A DNA stretch of 64,000 nucleotides from Antechinus flavipes (Eukaryota), in the NCBI RefSeq assembly GCF_016432865.1, contig NC_067400.1:1302001-1366000 (forward strand), written 5' to 3'. Both the position numbers and the translations under genes were made by a program. This document shows positions 10,880-21,400 of this stretch, in pieces; positions within the stretch are counted from its first letter, which is position 1; the number at the start of each line of letters is the position of its first letter. The notes under the pieces are model-generated. The model ran no database searches, was not told where the DNA came from, and worked only from the letters and a program-made list of their open reading frames with translations.

Positions 10880-11470
10880 TCACTCTGGCCGAGGCAACAG
10901 TTCAGTGAATAAAGTTAGGTGAGAAATGACAGACAGCAGGGCCCTTCCTGGGGCTGTGTCCCAAGGAAACCATAAAGGAGGGGCAAGGACCCACGGCTGG
11001 GAGAAGGAGCGGCTGCCCACCAGTTGGGGGATGGCTGAACGAGCTGCGGTCCATGGCGGTCATGGGGTGTTACTGTTCTATAACAATGAAGAACGAGCTT
11101 GAGTGTAGAAAGGCCTGGAGAGATTTACACAAACTGATGCCGAGTGGAACAAGCAGAACCAGGAGATCACTGGACACAGGAACAGCGAGAACGGGCGATG
11201 ATCGGCTATGAAGACTCGGTTCTTCTCAGCGCCTCGGAGATCCAGAGAATCCCCCTAGACTGGACAGAAAATGCAGCCAGAAAAAGAACTAAGGAGACTG
11301 AAGGAAAATCGACACATGCGACGGTCACTTCTTTTTATCTCTCACCTGGTTTTCCCTTTTGCCCTGATTTTCTCTCCCAACGTGATTCACAAAACAATGG
11401 GTATTAAAAATAAACTAAAGTTTAAAAATGAGGTGGAGACTGGCCTCCTTTACCTAATCATCACATAAAT
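10880..11470 (+). mobile_element. LINE-1 3' end, GC-drifted
   Basis: CCCAAGGAAACCATAAAGGAG, GAAAGGCCTGGAGAGATTTACAC, AAGCAGAACCAGGAG and CAGAAAAAGAACTAAGGAGACTGAA correspond to the marsupial L1 3' region; A-rich tail at about 11465. Confidence 0.75.
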
Positions 11471-12253
11471 AAATAAATAAAATAGGTCGGATTTTAGTTG
11501 CTACTTGAAGGAAGCCAGAGAAGCCAGGAGGAGCAGAGGAGGAAGAGACTGGCGGCCAGGGCCAGAGAGCTCTGTGGCCTGGGGACTGGCAGGACAACGA
11601 TGGCATCCCGGGTATTCAGCCTGCACGATTCCCCAGGTCCCTGCCCGGTCGTTTCACTGCGGCTCCGGTGTCTGCAGGCCCAGGTGAGCTTTCCCCGACC
11701 GGTCGAGATTTCTGGCGTGGGCCCACACCGCCCCCTGCCCACTGTTCCTGGCCTGCAGGAGGCTTGTGGAGCTCCGGGAGGAAAGCTGCAGGAACACGTC
11801 ACACGGGTGAGCCCTTTCAGTCAGTGGCCAGCCTCCTCCCAATACGTCCACGTCCCAGAACGTTGGGCCAAAGCCCGGAACTTTTCTAAAAGAATTCCCA
11901 ATGCAAAGCCAGCGGTATCGGACTCATGGGTTCTGGGCGAGTCTCTTTCGATTCTGGGCGCCAGATTAATCAGAGAGGCGGGGGTGATATTCAGAAGGCG
12001 CAGAGAAACGTCCCCCGGAGAAAGCAGGAAGGGAATTCATCTGTAGAAGCCCAAGTGGATGCACAAGGAACTCAGCATCACTGGCCTTAAAATACACAGG
12101 GGGGAGCTAGAAACGGGGGCGAGATGGAGCCGGCCGGACACAGGCCATCATCCTCAGACACCAAAGGGGGAGAGCCGGGCAGGGAGAGCAGAGGGGAAGA
12201 AATGAGCTTGGGGTTCTGTGTGTGGGAACGGGAGGGCGGGTCTGAGTGGGTGC

Positions 12254-12404
12254 AAGTGGGGCTGTGTGAGGGGGTGGGTGTCAATGAGCATGTGAGCATG
12301 TGAGTATGTGAATGTGTGAGTGTAAGTGAACAAGTGGGAGCACGTGTGAATGTGAGTATCTGTGAATGTGAATTGTGAGTGTGAGTGTGTGTGTAAGTAT
12401 GTGA
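12254..12404. repeat. GT/GA-rich cryptic microsatellite
   Basis: Degenerate GTGTGA/GAATGTGAGT runs. Confidence 0.8.
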
Positions 12405-12479
12405 GAGCGGGCACGCAGCTATTTTGGGGGAAAGAGTGGCTCAAACCAGGGAAAGGAGCCCAGCTTCGGGGCGGGGGGA

Positions 12480-13020
12480 GGGGCGACAATGAAACCAGAC
12501 GAGGAGAAAGCAGGGCTGCTCGCTTCTCAGCCCGAAGGACAGAACAGGGTTGGCTGCTGGAGAGTTAGCACATGCTCCACCCGGACCCCAGAAGAGGGCT
12601 GGCTGCTCAGGATGAGCCCACGCAAGGGCCAGTCCCCGGCACCCAAACACCTGTGGGGGAGGGAGGGAAGGGACGCCACGGGACCGGGAGGAGGAAGACA
12701 GCCCGTCATCCCCAAAGGGAAGCAAACCCAGTTTGCAAACTACTCGTCAGGGAGCGTGGCTTGGGCTCCGGCCACATTCTAGAGCACATCGTTAAATGGC
12801 TAATGACCACCTGGAAAAGAAGGCTGCGGTGATGGGCCCGGCAGGCTCCAGAACAGGTCAGGCCGGGCTGACGTGCGAGTGTGGGCCGCCGTGGCCAAGA
12901 CGGTCAGCCTGTTTCCCAGGATGATGTGAGCTAGCTCCGGGAGGGACCGGAGGGCTCGGGACTGGCCCACAGCTCGAGCCCCGAGCTTGTGAACAGAGCA
13001 AGGATCCGTGAACGGAGGTC
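12480..13020 (+). mobile_element. CR1/L3 LINE reverse-transcriptase remnant, highly diverged
   Basis: Fragments CCCAAAGGGAAGCAAACCCAGTTTGCAAACTAC (PKGKQTQFANY) and GGCCACATTCTAGAGCACATCGTTAAA (GHILEHIVK) resemble the CR1 RT motifs KKGK...ANYRPVS and GKILEQIIK. Confidence 0.55.
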
Positions 13021-14849
13021 TCCAGGGGGCTGGCCTGGAGGTCAGGATGGCACCCCCGGATCTTTCTCAGGCTCAGAGAGGGCCCGGTGGCAGCAGGCGG
13101 GACAGATGGCTAGCTGACACTGGGTAACGGCAGGCTTCAAGAAGGCATGCCGTGCCATGCTGTGCCATACCGTGCCATACAATACATCTGTGCAGACTCC
13201 GGCTGAGCCCAAAATCGGCTGCTGAGAGCCAGCGGGGCGCCACGGGCTCAGAGAGAGGCTGGGGAGCTGAGGGAGCCAGAGCAGGGCAGGGCGGGGGAGC
13301 CTCTCCAAGGATCTCTTCCCCAGTGAGCCTGGGAATGACAAGCTCTCCAATCTTTGAGGGGCTGTCACGGGGGGAGGGGGTTAGCATTGTGCCGCCCAGA
13401 GAGACAGAGAAGGGCTGGGAGCAGTGGGGGCCCCGACGCTCCTCCCCACTGCGTGGCTTTGGGGGGGAAGGTCAGATGCCAAGCCTGAGATGACAAAGGA
13501 ACAAAGCAGAGAGGACCAGGGAGCTGGCAGGGGGCGAGCCAACAGCGGGTCCAGGAGACGGGGCCTTAAGCTGGACATCAAGGGCGCTGACAAAGAGAGG
13601 GGAGAAAGCTGGGACCTGGAGAAGGACCCGGAGCTCCCTTTGCTTCCCAGGAGCCCACACATCAGCAAGGGCCAGAGCCAGGCCTGGGAGAGCAGAGGAG
13701 ATCCCGGCTGAGTTAGTTTTGGAGTCGAGGAAGCTGTGTCCGGCCCACGAGGCTGATCCCGTGGCCCCCGTGGCTCCCGTGGCCCCCATGGCTCCCGTGG
13801 CCGAGGTCTCCTCTGGAGCTTGGGAAGACAAGGGAAGCCCACCGCTTCCAGCCCGTGGGATGGGCCGCCTACTGTGGTGGGGAGATCAGAGGATCTTGCA
13901 GGAAGCCGCTTTTCTCAGAGATGGAGGCTGCAGAGTTGCTTATGGGGGCCAGCATTGCTCTAACAGAATCAGCCACGGCCCAAGCTGTCACCTGATTGGC
14001 CGGCCCTCACCCTGTCCCTTCCAGGCCCGAGGCCACCGTGCTCAGCCTGCTTTCCCCTCCTGGCCTTGCAGACCCTCCAGCCTGCCCGCCAGGACACCAG
14101 CTCTGCCTCCTCGGGCCTCAGTCACCATTCGGCTGGGCTGCAGCCTCCACCCAAAGCCCTCTCTGGGTCAAACTGGAGCCTCCGGCTCCCAGTGGGAGCC
14201 ACTTGTGAGGCTCATCCTGCCCACAGCCTCTGCAGAGGGGCTGCCCTGGGGAGGGGGCGGCAGGGAGGAGGCCTCACCCCACGGAAGGGAGGCTCTGGGC
14301 TGCAGCGGGCAGCTGGCCAGCCCACTCTGCGGCCTCTTGTGGTGGCTGCAGGGGCAGGTAGGTTTTGGAGGCCACGGGCTCCCAGCCCCAAGTCAGCTTC
14401 CAGCCCGGGTCCCCTTTACATTGGGGGGGAAAAAGAGGCAAATGGACCCTGGAGGCTGTGGCCAGAGGATGGGGGGGAGGGAAAACAGAGCCCGGAGGCT
14501 GTAGCCAGAGGACAATCCAGGGCTGTGACCAGGGATGGGGGGGGGGGAGGGAGGAGACGGGAGCTCGCAGGCTGTGGCCGGAGCTCCAGGCTAGGAGAGC
14601 CCCCCACTTTGGCTGGATCTCCTAAGCCTCCCCTCAGGGGAGCGTGCCCTCCTCCTTCCTCCTCTCCCTCCCCTGCCCATTCTCCTCCCTGCTCTTCTTC
14701 GTCCTTGACCTCGAGATGCCCCCATGCCCTGTCCCCCACTCTTCCTCTCCCTAACTCCTCCCCTCCTCGCCCCTCCCCCCCCTCCCCCCTCTGCGGCACA
14801 GAAGGAACAGAGGAATGAATGGATGAGCAGAAGCGGGGGACAAAGTTGC

Positions 14850-15410
14850 CCCGCCCCCGGAGCCTCCCCCACTCCCTGGCGGACTCCGGCCCCGCCCCCT
14901 CCGCGCGGAGCCTCCCGAGGCGGGGGAGCGCCCTGCGGCGGGGCGTCATGGACTGCAGGTCCCGGTGCCTCAGCATATTTGACTACAAGACGGAAAAGTT
15001 CGTGATCGCCAAGAACAAGAAGGTGGGCCTGCTCTACCGGCTGCTGCAGCTCGGCGTCCTGGGCTACCTGCTGGGGTGAGTGAGGCCTGCCCTCACCTCT
15101 CTGCAGCCTCGCGCTGCGGGGCTGCGCTCCCCCGTCCGCAAGCGGGGCTCCCGAAGGGCTCCGGCCCAGGCCCCGCAGCCGCTTGTCAGGGTCGTTGGGC
15201 GCCTGTAGGACCACAGCGCGGCGGCCGGGGCGAGGGAGCCTCCCGCCCCTCTTCTCCGCAAAGCTTCCAGAGCCCGGCTGGCGGAGGACTGGGGGAGGGG
15301 GCGGGGCAGCCCCTCGGCCGCAGCTCCCCCGTCCCATCGTCCTCCAGGTGCCGGGGCCAGAAGATGGCCCAGCCCAGGGTTATTTATAGCCGGGGCCAAC
15401 TGGCTTCCAG
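14850..15410 (+). promoter_or_regulatory. P2RX5 CpG-island promoter and first-intron regulatory region
   Basis: Dense CpG and GC boxes (CCCCGCCCC) around ATG 14948; MEF2-consensus TTATTTATAG at 15380-15389. Confidence 0.6.
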
Positions 15411-18400
15411 GTCAGGATGAATGACAGAAATAGCCTGTGAGCTGCACTCCCTCACCCTCCCCTCCAGCCTGGCCGGGCAGCTGGGCCCAAGGGTCCTAGA
15501 GGAGGCCTTGGGATCCCACAGGCTCTCCTGGTCCCCCTTCCTTTTCTCTGCCCCTCTTGCCTTCCCCTCCTTTCCTCCCTCTCTCCCTTTCTTTCCTTCT
15601 TTCCCCTCACTGTCCTTTCCTCTTCCCTCTCTCCTTGCCTCTCCTTTCCTGTCCTCCTCCTTTCTTCTCTCCAGCTCTTTGGGGGACGCTGGAACCCCAG
15701 GGCCAGATGTCTCCGGATTCTGGGAGCAGAGAGAACAGAAGTCAGGTCCTGCTTCCACATGATGTCTGCCCCTCCCCAGCCCAGCCGGGCCCCAGGCCCT
15801 TGATCCTCCCTCTTCCCTCCACCTGGTCCTCGTACAGGTGCCGTCCGGCCCCTCCCCCCAATCCTGTCATAGTAGAATCAGAAGAAAACTTGGATTCCCC
15901 GCTCTGTCTGCAGGGGGAATTCCCTTTCTAGCTCATGACTTAGAGACAGGGAGCTCATTACCTGCCAGGACAGTGGGCATGACATCAGGGTTTCTCGCAT
16001 CTTGGGGGTAGGAAGAGTATGCAAGGGCAGGGACTAGGGATGGAGGCGGAGCACAATGAGGGGGAGGGTAGACCGATGTCACTGATGCTTTCCTAGGAAG
16101 GAAGGTGGAAACGAAGGGTTCTGCAGAGCATCCTGGGAGTGCGGTGTGAGGGTGAGGAGCGATTGAGCAAATCGACCCCTTCTCTCACTTGCATCCGGTG
16201 AGAAAATATTCTGCTTTGATTCCTCAGGCAGCTTAGGACAGGTGTCGATCTATCAGTCATAGTCAACAAGCATTTATTCAGCACCTCCTGTGTGCCAGGC
16301 ACTGTGCCGAGTGCAGAAAAAGCCATTCACCAATGGAAGCCAGGCTTGCGTATGTGGTCGGATCAGCTAAGGAGAGCTGAGGAGAGGAGAGAGCATTCCC
16401 ACTGAGCCTCTGGTGACAAATAGATTGTAAGAAGAGAGGGGAAGGGGGAAAGGGAGAGGAAAGAAGAGGGCAGGAGAGGAGGAAGAGGAGGAGAGGGAAG
16501 AGGGGGAGAGGAAGAGAGAAGATGAAGAAACAAAGGAAGAAGAAAAAAGGAGGGAAAAGAAGAGGAGGAAGAGGCAGAAGAGGAGGAGGAAGAAAAGAAG
16601 AGGAGCAAAGAGGAGGAGATGAAGAAAAGGAGGAAGAGGCAGAACAGGAGGAGAGAAAGTAGAAGAAAAAAAAGGAAGATGACAAAAAGGAGGAGCAAAA
16701 AAAAGAGGAGGAAGAAGAAGGGGAAAGAAAAGAGTGTAAGGAGGGAGAGAAGGGGAACAGAGGAGAGGGGAGGAAGAAGTGTTCCCAGCAAGAGAAGGAG
16801 ATTGGAAAGGAGGAGAGGTTGTATGCTTCTCCCCACCCCCACCTAGGTCAGGATACAATCCCTTCGGTTTCAGCTTCTCCCAGCCTCCTCACCGAGCAGA
16901 TCCAAATCTCCAGAGAAGCCCAAGTCGCAGCTCAGCCCAACTCTTCTCCCTAGTTGATGAGGTTCTACAAGGAAGGAATTTCTCTAGAAAGCTCTTTTAG
17001 GGGGTGGGGGTAGTAGACTAATAGCCAACGGCCAGCGTGGCTCGGCAGAGCCAGGTAACTAGGATCATGTTTGGCCTTCAAGGGCAGTCATTAACGTCCC
17101 CATTTGACAGCTCAGGAATCTGAGGCCCACAGAACTGATGTGACTGGCCCAGACAAGCAGCCAATAGGTGTCCGAGGCTCCTGCCTCAGCCTAGTGTTCT
17201 GTGCGCGGCGGTGCCGGCTCTCTGCCCAGACACTCTGCCTCAAGCCCAGCATGACTCCAGTGACAGAATAGTGGAGAAACTGTGGCTCCAGTGCTTTGAG
17301 AGGCCCCGGGCCCTCGGTCCTGTGCTGTGGCCGATAGCTTCAGGAGGGCTGCAGAGGGGGTACGGGGGGGGGGGGGAGTCAGAAGGTGAAGACGGCCAGG
17401 GCAGGCAGCACCGGGGCCTTTCAAGAGCATGAAGAGCTGCCAAGTAGAGAGAGAGAGCAGCCCGGTTCTGCTTGTCCCCCCAGCAGAAAGGTCAGGAGGC
17501 TTCCAGGCCACCCACACTGTCTCATGGGGGGAGGAGCTGCCTTGGGAAGCCTGGGCTCCCCCTGCTGGCCTCCGCTGCCCCTCCTGGCCCCCTGGGATCC
17601 AGGGACTTTGGTCCAGAGGCCAGGGCAGGCTGTTCTGAGAAGTGGCCAGCCTGCCCAGGAGCGCGGCCTTCACTCTCAGAGGAGCGCCGGCCTCATGGTC
17701 CCTTTGCTATTGTCAGTGAGAAGACTGAGCTCAAAAGGTTGGGTCCCGAGGCCCCAGAGCATCAGGTATTAGCCCCAAACATACCTGACCTGACTGAGGA
17801 CTCTGGGCCAGCGCAGTCTGCGGCTGATGTTCGCCAAGGCCCTGGATCTTGAGAACCAGAAAGTCCTGGGCAGCCCCCTCCCCCCGGGCCACCCCTCCAC
17901 AAGTGGTCACCTAAATGCCCCCAAATGGCCAGTGCCCTATCTGGCAGCATCAAGCGTGGCCCTTAGGGATGGTAGGTGCATCCCCCCCCCCCCACACACA
18001 CACACATTATGTGTCTGGCGGATGTTTCTAGCAGCAGGGGGGGCGGGCAGTTCCATCCTTCCATGCTCCCCAAGGTCACCTGGAGAAAGATTGCTCTGAA
18101 CACAGTTGTGCAATGGATCAGGAAGGCCGTGACTAGGGTTAGAGATGATTGTTAAGGGCCAGGGGAAAGGGCAGAGGTCAATCATGGCCAGGAATAGTGG
18201 GTTAGGGGCTCGGTTTACCCCGAGGAGTCCAGTTTGGCTTTTTCCTTCGTAGGACTGGGGGTGTGGGCTGGAAGTCCTTTGTTAAGGCCCATGTTGGCCT
18301 GTTGCTCCTGCCTTTTGGGAGGGGGGAGGCAGAACACCAGTCAAGATCCCTCCAGCGAAAATAGTGGGAGGGAGATGCTCTAGGATGTGCTCTTGGAGTC

Positions 18401-21400
18401 CAGCTTAAAGTGATCCCCAAGAGAGATGGGCTCCTCTGGGCTCCGTGGACCCTTTGGCCAGAGGCCAAACTCTGGGCAGGAGGGTGGTCAATGGTGGCAG
18501 CTGGAATGGAAGCTTCCTACAGAGGCGGGGATCCCCTGCCAGGCCTGGGATCAACTATCTCTTTCGGTCACCTTGGCCCCAGGTGACCACCGGGAAGGCC
18601 TGGCAGGGGCTGCTGCTGCAAACCTCAAAGGAAACAATGTATCCCAAGAGCTTGGGGAGGGGAGTCTCAGAGTCAGCTTTTCATTGTGGCTGTTGCTGTT
18701 ATGGTTGTTGCTACAATGTTATAGTTTTTGCTACAATGTTGCAGCTGTTGCTATAGTGTTGCCAAGGAGGCCAGGAAATGTTCAGTCTTCCGCCCCTCTC
18801 TGGCCTATTGCAGGTGGGTGTTCCTGGTGAAGAAAGGCTACCAGGCAGTGGACACGACCATCCAGAGCTCGGTGATCACCAAGGTCAAAGGCGTGGCCTT
18901 CACCAACACGTCAGAGCTGAAGGAGCATCTCTGGGATGTGGCCGATTACGTCATCCCCTCCCAGGTCTGAGCCAATGGCCCCTGGCGCCCAATTTTCCAG
19001 GGCAGCAGTTGGTTTAAGAAAGTGGGGAATGGAGCCAGAGGATCCCTTTGTGATCCTTTCCTAGATCCAGGACCCCGGGCTTCAGAGGGGACATGAGCAC
19101 AGGGGTCCATTTAATGGAAGAATGACCAGCCTGTTCTCCTTGGCCCCAGGAGGCGGGATCAGCAGCATCTGGGGGTAGGGGGAGAGACTTTTGCCCCAGT
19201 GAGACATTTCCTAGCATTTAGAGCTAGCCCTGGGCAGGAGGGGCTGTGGTTCCTCTCCAGCTTCAGGCAGAGCCTGGACCGTCCCCAATTTTTAGGACCA
19301 TTTTCAAGTGGACTCGTTCAGGTCTGGGTTAGATCTAGGTCCTCCCACTCTGACCTCAGTCCTGCTGACCCTGAATCCCGAGGGAACCTCATCCTTTACC
19401 TGCTGTCCTTGACAGCCTCATCTAGCTCTGCTCCAATTGCTATCCCCTTGGTCTGTGTTAATAGCAACAGCCTGGATTCTGAGGAGTCCTGGGTCATCGG
19501 GGCTGGGGAGGAGAGGCAGCCAGAAGGGAGCCTGGGACAAGCAGCTCCTCTCCCTTCTTTCTCCCCTCCTTCTCCTTCCCTTCTTTCTTCTTCCTCCTCT
19601 CCCCTTCCTCTCCCCCACCTCCTTTCCCCTCTCTCCTCTCCTGCCTAGATTCAGGCAGTAGCAGTTGTGCTGGCGGAGGCAATGTGGTAGTTCCAGTTTG
19701 GCAGGGGGTGGGAGCTAATATCAGCCCACAGATGTAGAGGTTGGGGGCTCCAGGCCAGGAACATGGAGACCGAAGAGATTTGGAGTCAAGTGAGGCTCGG
19801 AGGGAGAGGCTGGGAGACTGGGCAGAAGAGGTCGTTCTTATGCTTCTTTGTCCATAGCCTTGGCACGGGGCCAGCCCCAGATTCAGACAGGCCGGCAAAA
19901 AGGGGGCAGCCCCCTTGGGCTGTGAGATCTGAGGGGCCTGGCCTGGGCCCACGGTGGATCACGTGGTCCCATCTTTGGATTTTCAGGGAGAAAATGTTTT
20001 CTTTGTCGTCACCCACATGATCGTGACCCCACATCAGCGGCAAACCACCTGTGCTGAGGTCAGAGACCATGGGACGCAGGAGGGAATGATTGGAAGCTGG
20101 AGGACGGGATATCCCCTAAAAAATAATGTCCCACTCTTCCTGGGCCCTTCTCTGCTGCCAGCAGCTTCCTTTCCCATCACCTTCCTATTATCCCCTGCCA
20201 TCATCCCTTCCCTTTTCATCACCCCCTTCCACCATCCCCTCATATCCCTTTCCAACATTCCCTCCTGTCACTCCCAGAGCTTCTGCAAGCACGAGCCACA
20301 CCCAGGCTCCTTCCTCATGCCCATGTGCCGTGCCCAGCCCTTTCCCTAGTCCTTTTTGTAGGGTCAGGGCACCCACGGAGAGGAGGGAAGGAGGTAGTGG
20401 AAAGGACAGGATTAGGAATCGGGCTCTGGCCAGGGAGAATTTTTCCTTGTACCTCAGTCCATGTGCTAGTCAGCACGTTCAGCTGATTAAAGCTCTCCGA
20501 GCACCCAACTCGGTGCTAGGTGCCAGGGGGAGAAATCCAGAGAAATGGGGCTCTTCCAGTCTCTGCCCACCCCCCTCCCTCCTGCCCCAGAGGGGTTTTC
20601 TTTCCCCTTTGCTCTGACCATACCACTGTGAGGGGAGTCCCAGGCAGGACAAAAGACCGGCCACCTGGTGGTCTCTGCTCCTCCCATCCTCATTCTTGCT
20701 CTCTTTAGGGGGGCTGAGATGAAGCTCGAGGCTCCGAGAGCGGGGGCCATCTGGGCAAGCCCTGAATTCTCAGAGGCTTTTGTAGGGAGTGATGGGGGGA
20801 GGAGGGAGGGGTCCCCGGTTCCCCAAGATGGCACGGGACCGAGTGAGAGTTCTCGGCACGTGGGGGTGGGGGCTAACCCCTCCAGGATCCAAGGGGCGTG
20901 CTCAGAAAAGGAGGAAATACACAGGGTCTGTGCCCAAGGCCCAGGCCCAGATGCCAGCAGGGGGGCTAGCCAGAAAAGAGGAGGAGAGAAAGGCTCTTTG
21001 GAACCGGGCCCCAGTCTCCGGACCCTGTCCGTGTGGAGCCGATGGGAAGGATGGAGCTTCCCTGGAGGAAGGGGCATCTGGAGGAATGGGGCGGGTGACA
21101 GAGTGGCAGGAAGGCGTGGCCTGTGTCTGAGGAATAACTGCAAGGCAGGCTGGGCCGGAGAAGGTGAGCCCCAGGAGCGTGTCATGGAGAACATCGGGCA
21201 AGAGAATTGGCGCCCTTCGGGAAGGGAGTTTGTGGGCAGCAAGGCACCCATTCTGGGCTGGAGGGCAGACCAAACCACGCGTAGGAAGTTGAATCTGCTG
21301 CTGAAGGAGCCAGGAGGCAAGGGCACCGGGTGCCAGGGCTTTCCTTAGGTGGGCAAGGACGTCTCCAACCAACACCCACACAAACACCAAGCAGGCACTG

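Noticed and set aside
13381-14818. Several 150-260 aa ORFs upstream of P2RX5, including a 9-bp repeat (PVAPVAPVAPMAPVA)
   Set aside because: No splice structure or protein homology that I recognise; expected by chance at this GC content.
16278-16858. Lys/Arg/Glu- or Phe/Leu/Ser-rich ORFs (also 42073-42573, 54234-54634, 60340-60581)
   Set aside because: Translations of polypurine/polypyrimidine low-complexity tracts.
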